DNA from: Halorhodospira halophila SL1
Lineage (GTDB): Bacteria; Pseudomonadota; Gammaproteobacteria; Nitrococcales; Halorhodospiraceae
Direction of reading: 5' to 3'
Assembly (NCBI RefSeq): GCF_000015585.1
Contig: NC_008789.1
Span: 1,650,001 to 1,682,000, forward strand
DNA: 32,000 nt
Every line of letters starts with the position of its first letter. Position 1 is the stretch's first letter. The translations under genes were made by a program, and so were the position numbers. The notes under the pieces are model-generated. The model was not told the DNA's origin and searched no databases. It was given only the letters and a program-made list of their open reading frames with translations. This document shows, piece after piece, positions 27,125 through 32,000 of this stretch.

Positions 27125-27145
27125 GGTGTAAAGGCTCTCTACACC
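27125..27145 (-). promoter_or_regulatory. Candidate UAS, perfect dyad GGTGTA-N9-TACACC
   Basis: The minus strand reads GGTGTA-GAGAGCCTT-TACACC; the extended palindrome CCGGTGTA...TACACCGG spans 27123-27147. It ends 85 nt before the -24 GG at 27040. Confidence 0.45.
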
Positions 27146-27159
27146 GGCCCCACCCGGAC

Positions 27160-27939
27160 TCACTCACTCGACCACCCCCGGGAACTCTCCCTCACCCGCC
27201 CCTGAACCAGGAAGGAGTGGCAGAAGCGCCCTTCCGCGCCGGGCAAGATGCGCATTGCGCTGCGAACGAGGCCACCTTCGGCCCATAGCTGCAGTCGCCC
27301 GAGACGCCCCGGTAACAAAAGCAGCCAAGCGACCTGCCTTACCTCCAGCCCCAGCGCCTCCAGCTCGCCGGTGACGGTAGTATAGTCGTCATACCGCAGG
27401 TGTGCCGGCCGCCCAGCCCTCTTGCGACGCCATTCACCGAGGGCGTTGGGCAGACACCGGGCGTTGAGCGCATCCACCCAGATTTCCCCGCCAGGACGCA
27501 CCACCCGCGCCATTTCTGCCAGCGCCGGCCGAGCCTCGGGCAACGCCTGGAGGACCCCCAGGCACAGAACCCCATCGAACCGGTCATCGCCAAACGGCAG
27601 TCGTTGCGCATCCCCAGCCACCCAAGGAATATCGACGGATGTTCGCTGCCGGGCCTTGTGCAGCGACGGTTGCGAGTAGTCGAGGCCCACCGCCTTGCGC
27701 CCGCCCTCGTGGAGGTAGCGCGTGTAGGTTCCGGCCCCACAGCCAAGATCCAGCCAATGTCCGGGCGGCGGCTCGACGTTCTCCCAGAGTTGGCGGAACT
27801 GCCGGAATCGCGAGGCCAAACCCGTCGGCGTCCACCCGGCAATCCCGGCATCGTCCTCCAGCGTCGCCCCCCGCTGTACGAAACGGCGCTGCCAGCGCCG
27901 GGCGAAGTCCGAATCGGTCACGAGCCACTCCCTGTTCAT
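27160..27939 (-). CDS. Class I SAM-dependent methyltransferase
   Basis: HWLDLGCGAGTYTRYL is motif I. RFDGVLCLGVLQ and VRPGGEIWV are the post-I motifs. ATG 27939 is preferred over the upstream ATG at 28026. Confidence 0.7.
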   Translation of the reverse strand: MNREWLVTDSDFARRWQRRFVQRGATLEDDAGIAGWTPTGLASRFRQFRQLWENVEPPPGHWLDLGCGAGTYTRYLHEGGRKAVGLDYSQPSLHKARQRTSVDIPWVAGDAQRLPFGDDRFDGVLCLGVLQALPEARPALAEMARVVRPGGEIWVDALNARCLPNALGEWRRKRAGRPAHLRYDDYTTVTGELEALGLEVRQVAWLLLLPGRLGRLQLWAEGGLVRSAMRILPGAEGRFCHSFLVQGRVRESSRGWSSE

Positions 27940-28036
27940 CTCTCCCGCCCTGCAAACGGCCACCGTGCACGCCCTCTGGCCAGCGACGCCCCACAGCGCG
28001 AGTCCCGAAGGATAGCAGCGCGACATCGGGATTGAA

Positions 28037-28057
28037 GGCGTCGAGATCGTTTACACT
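28037..28057 (+). promoter_or_regulatory. Candidate UAS dyad for PEP-CTERM gene 4
   Basis: GGCGTC-GAGATCGTT-TACACT ends 88 nt before the -24 GG at 28145. This upstream region is not paralogous to those of pep1-3. Confidence 0.4.
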
Positions 28058-28143
28058 CAACCCGCCGCCACCTCTATCACGAGGCGCACCGCACTCTCCG
28101 TACCTCCCTGTACCGCCCACAGGTGCTGGCCTATCCCCCCTGT

Positions 28144-28159
28144 CGGCATAGCCCTTGCT
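28144..28159 (+). promoter_or_regulatory. Sigma-54-type promoter upstream of PEP-CTERM gene 4
   Basis: CGGCATAGCCCTTGCT is GGCAT-N5-TTGCT. It lies 39 nt upstream of ATG 28198. Confidence 0.55.
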
Positions 28160-28197
28160 TAGCAGTCGCGAATACAAAAAAGCGCGCGGAGGGATGC

Positions 28198-28908
28198 ATG
28201 AGAACCGGGACCAAGGCACCGCTAGCCTTCAGCTGGCTTTTGATTGCCGCTTACAGCCTGCCGACTCAGGCAGACATCATCGCATTGGACTTTGAAGAGT
28301 TTGGCATCGTAAACGGGACCGAACCCATTCAAGACTTTTACGCGGGCGGCACCAACGATGCTGGCTTCTCCGGTCCTGACTACGGCATCAATTTTTCAGA
28401 TAGTGCCCGGGCCTTGACCTCGCAAACAACGAACCACCCATTAGCCATCGGAAATTTTGAAAACAACCCAGCCGGCAATAACGTCCTTTTTTTCCCTGAT
28501 CACGATATCGCAACAATGAATGTTCCCGGCGGGTTTGAAACAGAATTTTCATTCTATTACTCATCCTCTGAGACTGCGTTCGTTAATGTTTATAGTGAGC
28601 CTCATGGCGAGGGGGAGTTGTTGCAGTCCGTCGAGCTATCGGAAAACTGGCAAGACGACGGTTGCGATGCCGCCGCGGCAACCAGTTACTGCAACTTCGA
28701 TGACGTAGGGGTTGAACTCGATGGCACCGCACAATCCGTGGACTTCGGCGGCACTATTGACAGAGTAGCGTATGACTCCATCACTCTTGGAACCGAGCCA
28801 ACCGAGGAGCCAACGGACGTCCCGGAGCCGGCTACACTTAAGAGCTTCGCCGCAGGCCTGGCAGGGCTAATCGCATTGGTCGTCATAGGCCAACGACGCA
28901 AAACCTGA
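28198..28908 (+). CDS. PEP-CTERM sorting-domain protein 4 (unrelated to paralogs 1-3)
   Basis: ATG 28198 follows GGAGGG. Signal peptide MRTGTKAPLAFSWLLIAAYSLPTQA. C-terminus VPEPATLKSFAAGLAGLIALVVIGQRRKT. GC is lower than the locus average. Confidence 0.8.
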   Translation: MRTGTKAPLAFSWLLIAAYSLPTQADIIALDFEEFGIVNGTEPIQDFYAGGTNDAGFSGPDYGINFSDSARALTSQTTNHPLAIGNFENNPAGNNVLFFPDHDIATMNVPGGFETEFSFYYSSSETAFVNVYSEPHGEGELLQSVELSENWQDDGCDAAAATSYCNFDDVGVELDGTAQSVDFGGTIDRVAYDSITLGTEPTEEPTDVPEPATLKSFAAGLAGLIALVVIGQRRKT

Positions 28909-29003
28909 CAACCGCGAGGGGCCAACCGGGGCGTGATGACCATCGACAAGGAACCGGCGCCTGGCAGTTTACGGCCTCGTCCACCTCAGGCAGTGAACTT
29001 CCC

Positions 29004-29038
29004 ACGACCGTGGCCACGGAGCGGCCACGGTCGTTTAT
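29004..29038 (+). terminator. Putative rho-independent terminator downstream of pep4
   Basis: ACGACCGTGGCC-ACGGAGC-GGCCACGGTCGT is a 12-bp perfect stem, but it is followed only by TTAT, a short U-tract. Confidence 0.5.
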
Positions 29039-29373
29039 GGTATCGGCCTTGGCCAGCCGCTTCACCGCATCATGTCCGAGGGTTGCAGAACCCAATCCGG
29101 CGTCTACGCTGAACAGCGTCCGTGCACACCTAAAGACGACCACACGCCTTTGTTGGTGAGGGAGTATGCCCCGGCCACCGGACAATCTGCCGCTGCATCA
29201 TCCGGGCGGCCTTTACGGATCATCGCTCCAGGCGGTCGTCGAGAGCAGACCGCTCGCCTGCTCAACCGCCGGCTTCCCCATAGCCTGATCGTACAGCGAA
29301 AGGAGCACCAGCCATCTTGTTCATCCAGGCCTTTCGCAAGCGGTGTCAGGACCTCGGCGGGGTCGCCGCCACG

Positions 29374-30207
29374 ATGGAAGCGATCGATGCGCTTCTGCGT
29401 CGACTTCGGACAGGTTGCGGCTGCCCCCGCTACTACTTGCTGGCACAGCCGGTCACCGATGCCCCACTTCTCCCGCAACACCATCAGGGCAGGCAGGCGA
29501 TTCGCCAACTCTTCCCAGGGGATCCGGAGCTCGAACAGCTACCGCGGACCCGCGAGCAGATCGCCGAGCGATTTGCAAGCGGGGGAATTTGCCTGGCGGC
29601 CTTCCGGCCGAGAGGAGACGAAGTCCTCGGTTTTATCTGGCTACTCTTCGGCCCGTACCGCGAACCGGAGCACCGTTGCGTGCTGCGTCCACCCAACAAT
29701 CCGCCGTGCGCCTTGGATGTCGATGTCTATGTGCAACCCGGCTCCCGGGGCAGCCTGGTCTTCGCCCAGCTGTGGCAAGCGGCGAACCAAACCCTAGCAA
29801 GCCGCCAGATCCAATGGAGCCTGAGTCGCATCTCCGCGTTCAATCTTCCCTCGCTAGGCGCCCATCAGCGCCTCGGGGCCCGGATCGTGGGAACTCTACA
29901 ATACGTCCAAATCGGCCCACTGGAGCTACTCTTCTCCAACCGCCCACCCTTCTTCAGCTGGAGCCGCCCCAAGGGAACAGCACCGGCCATCACGGTCCAC
30001 CCCCCAACTACTCCGGCTGATAGGCGCCCCAGAACGGCTCTGTACGCAGTTGCCCATTCCGGTCATGGCCTAGACCGGGGGGATCCTCCGGCAAGGCCAA
30101 GGGGCGATCCTTGCGCAAGGCGTCGCCCTGCGGCCTCAGATCCAGATCGTCCAGACCAGCATCCGGAGCGCGTAACCGATCGGGCGCCTCAGCGAATCCG
30201 GCGGTGA
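29374..30207 (+). CDS. Hypothetical protein, possibly a GNAT-fold acyltransferase
   Basis: Codon third-position GC is high in this frame up to about 30000. VDVYVQPGSRGSLVFAQLW loosely resembles a GNAT acyl-CoA loop. The start is ATG 29374 or TTG 29317. The last 200 nt overlap the convergent gene and look non-coding in this frame. Confidence 0.4.
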   Translation: MEAIDALLRRLRTGCGCPRYYLLAQPVTDAPLLPQHHQGRQAIRQLFPGDPELEQLPRTREQIAERFASGGICLAAFRPRGDEVLGFIWLLFGPYREPEHRCVLRPPNNPPCALDVDVYVQPGSRGSLVFAQLWQAANQTLASRQIQWSLSRISAFNLPSLGAHQRLGARIVGTLQYVQIGPLELLFSNRPPFFSWSRPKGTAPAITVHPPTTPADRRPRTALYAVAHSGHGLDRGDPPARPRGDPCARRRPAASDPDRPDQHPERVTDRAPQRIRR

Positions 30208-31384
30208 AGTTATCGTCATCCTCGGTGGCCTCGAGGTCCAGCGGCGGGTCGGCGAAGACCGCGTTGCCAGAGACAACCTGCTGGTAGCCTCGATCCGCAC
30301 CCCGCAGGCGGATACCGAAGCCGCGGGCGACCACCGTATTGCGCAAGATCCGGATTTCCTTAGGCACGTCGTTATGCGGCCCAAGGACGACCCCATCTCC
30401 ATCGCGGTTCACGAAGGCATTGTTATAGAGGGCGACATGACCCTCGCCCTGGAACAATCGCTCGTGCGGGTTCTCGTAGAAGAGGTTGCCGTAGATCAGG
30501 TAGCGGTCGTTGGCGCCCGGACCGCGCTCCGGCCAATGGCCCACCAGCAGGTTCGGTCGGGCGCCATCACCGCTATTGCCACCCTCCGCCTTGCTGAAGG
30601 TGTTGTCCCGAATCACGGTGTCCCGCCGATTGGTCGGCATGCCTTCAACCATCGCTCTCTCGTTCTGGTGCTTGATCTGGGCGTTGTAGCCGAGGGTCTC
30701 CGCGATGTGATTGCCCTCGATGACTCCGCCAATAAAGGGCGCCTCACCGTCTGGTTGCCCGAGGTACAAGCCGGTGCCAACACCACGGATCTCGTTGTCG
30801 CGGATGGTCCAGTCCCAGGCGGCGGAGCGTGTGGTTACAGCCGTGCTGCCCTGGCTGATGTCGTAGTTGCGGATGCGCAGGTTGGCGAGCGTGATGTTGT
30901 GCGTGAACGTGCCCTCCGCCTCCGCCACGATCCCATTGGCGTTGGCGCTGCGCCCGTCCAGCTCCAGGCGTCGCAGCTCAATGTGGGCCGAGTCCTCAAA
31001 ACGCACCGTGTTGCGACCATCCTGCCCCACAAAGGTCGCGGAACCCGCTTCGCCCCGTGGCCCGGCGATGACAATCGGCTGCTTTTCGGTGCCCTGGATA
31101 CCGCGTAGGTCCAAGCCGCCTCGATACACCCCCGGAGCCAGCTCCAACCGATCACCCGGGCGCAGACCGCGGACAGCCTCCCGGTAGTTGCCGGGATCCA
31201 CCTCGACGGTCCGCCCTGCCGCTGGGAGAGCATCGCCAACCACGTTGGAGTCGGCTGCTACTGAGCCGGACAACAGGATCAATGCAAAGGCGATTCCGGC
31301 GCTGGCACCGGCCCGCGCAAGGGAACGAGATGAGGGGCCGCTGGCCGGACGCCTCCTGGATTCGATTGGCTTGGCCGGGGTCAT
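30008..31384 (-). CDS. Secreted right-handed parallel beta-helix repeat protein (polysaccharide lyase/hydrolase/epimerase-like)
   Basis: Repeated N-x-I/V-x-x-N and G-x-x-I turns, for example NITLANLRIRN, IRDNEIRG, IEGNHIAE, IRDNTFS, LYNNAFVN and ILRNTVV. ATG 31384 with GAGG 5 nt upstream gives a signal-like AGIAFALILLSGSVAADS. The ORF-track start at 31510 overlaps the upstream gene. Confidence 0.65.
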   Translation of the reverse strand: MTPAKPIESRRRPASGPSSRSLARAGASAGIAFALILLSGSVAADSNVVGDALPAAGRTVEVDPGNYREAVRGLRPGDRLELAPGVYRGGLDLRGIQGTEKQPIVIAGPRGEAGSATFVGQDGRNTVRFEDSAHIELRRLELDGRSANANGIVAEAEGTFTHNITLANLRIRNYDISQGSTAVTTRSAAWDWTIRDNEIRGVGTGLYLGQPDGEAPFIGGVIEGNHIAETLGYNAQIKHQNERAMVEGMPTNRRDTVIRDNTFSKAEGGNSGDGARPNLLVGHWPERGPGANDRYLIYGNLFYENPHERLFQGEGHVALYNNAFVNRDGDGVVLGPHNDVPKEIRILRNTVVARGFGIRLRGADRGYQQVVSGNAVFADPPLDLEATEDDDNFTAGFAEAPDRLRAPDAGLDDLDLRPQGDALRKDRPLALPEDPPGLGHDRNGQLRTEPFWGAYQPE

Positions 31385-31463
31385 ACCCACCTCGTGCATT
31401 CCGGCTGGATGTGATGCGCTTGCCTCACCGCCCGGGATTGCCGACTGAACCCCGGCGGATGGT

Positions 31464-32000
31464 CTACGGTTGCCCAATCGGGGCACGGCGCCCGCTGCGC
31501 CTGCGCGCACGGCCCGAGACGCCCAGCAAAGCCACCAGATAGAACAGCAAGGCGATCTTCGGGTTAAAGAACACCGTACTGAACACTCCGATGGCCAAGA
31601 CTCCGAGCAGGGCGGCCAGCGCCGCTGCTGCGCCGACCTTGCCCTGACTCACGCGCCGCAGCAGGACCCCGACGACGGCGAGCAGGAACAGGGTAAAGGC
31701 CAGCAGTCCGAATACCCCCTGATCGAAATAGATCTCCAGCCACTGGTTCTCCGTCCGGTAGGGCCAAAGATAGTCGGTGGTGAAGTACCAGTGGCGGCCG
31801 GCCTGCTCGAATTCGGGGTTGCGCAGGTAGGCCGCGCCGTCCGGCCCAGTCAGCTTCGCCGACTGGATCTCCAGCATGGCCTCCTCGCCCCCACCGAGGG
31901 ACAGGGCAAAGACCAACCCCCGGCGCAGGCCCGGGAGGCCCGACGCCAGATCGTCGAGGCGGACGTCCCAGGAGAGGGCTTGTACCCCTTCACCCGCATC
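31464..32000 (-). CDS. O-antigen-ligase/Wzy_C-like membrane protein, C-terminal part; the gene continues past the right edge
   Basis: The frame is open from 32000 down to the stop at 31464. ENQWLEIYFDQGVFGLLAFTLFLL resembles the Wzy_C H-N-x-x-L-E-x-x-x-E-x-G-x-x-G block and is followed by two more TM helices. Exosortase loci commonly carry such a ligase-like gene. Confidence 0.5.
   Translation of the reverse strand, partial: DAGEGVQALSWDVRLDDLASGLPGLRRGLVFALSLGGGEEAMLEIQSAKLTGPDGAAYLRNPEFEQAGRHWYFTTDYLWPYRTENQWLEIYFDQGVFGLLAFTLFLLAVVGVLLRRVSQGKVGAAAALAALLGVLAIGVFSTVFFNPKIALLFYLVALLGVSGRARRRSGRRAPIGQP

Noticed and set aside
26965-27159. Search for a short precursor-peptide ORF between the methyltransferase and the Tat-protein gene. 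A minus-strand GTG ORF of about 43 codons is present.
   Set aside because: It spans the proposed promoter and dyad, has no RBS and shows no leader-core organisation.

Overview
High-GC proteobacterial-type chromosome segment, read by eye with the ORF track. No searches were run, so all family names come from memory of motifs. Almost the whole window is one PEP-CTERM/exosortase-type exopolysaccharide (floc/biofilm) locus. From left to right it contains:
- the start of a Wzz-like chain-length determinant (minus strand, runs off the left edge);
- a PilZ-domain protein;
- two tandem LuxI/FeeM-like 'exosortase-associated' acyltransferases, coupled to a stand-alone ThiF/E1-like enzyme;
- a convergent, translationally coupled LolA-like / beta-barrel / MMPL exporter operon;
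- three paralogous acidic PEP-CTERM proteins flanking the TPR lipoprotein PrsT;
- an operon of EPS export lipoprotein, priming sugar transferase, PrsK sensor kinase and PrsR (sigma-54 activator);
- galE and manC;
- a compact cassette of Tat-signal protein, PqqD-like protein, HPr-kinase-like protein and nucleotidyltransferase;
- a SAM methyltransferase;
- a fourth, unrelated PEP-CTERM protein;
- a GNAT-like ORF;
- a secreted parallel beta-helix protein;
- the 3' part of an O-antigen-ligase-like gene (runs off the right edge).
No exosortase, rRNA, tRNA, CRISPR array or transposase was seen.

The main results of the hunt are:
1. Six sigma-54 (GG-N10-GC) promoters each sit downstream of a shared YGT-N11-ACR dyad at helically phased distances. 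This is a candidate PrsR regulon. Besides the PEP-CTERM genes it includes the PilZ gene and the PqqD/HprK-like cassette.
2. That cassette looks like an orphan RiPP-style or protein-tailoring system with no cyclase, no peptidase and no short precursor.
3. The twin acyltransferase plus ThiF module, facing an envelope-spanning lipid-exporter triad, looks like an uncharacterised acylated-metabolite synthesis and export system.
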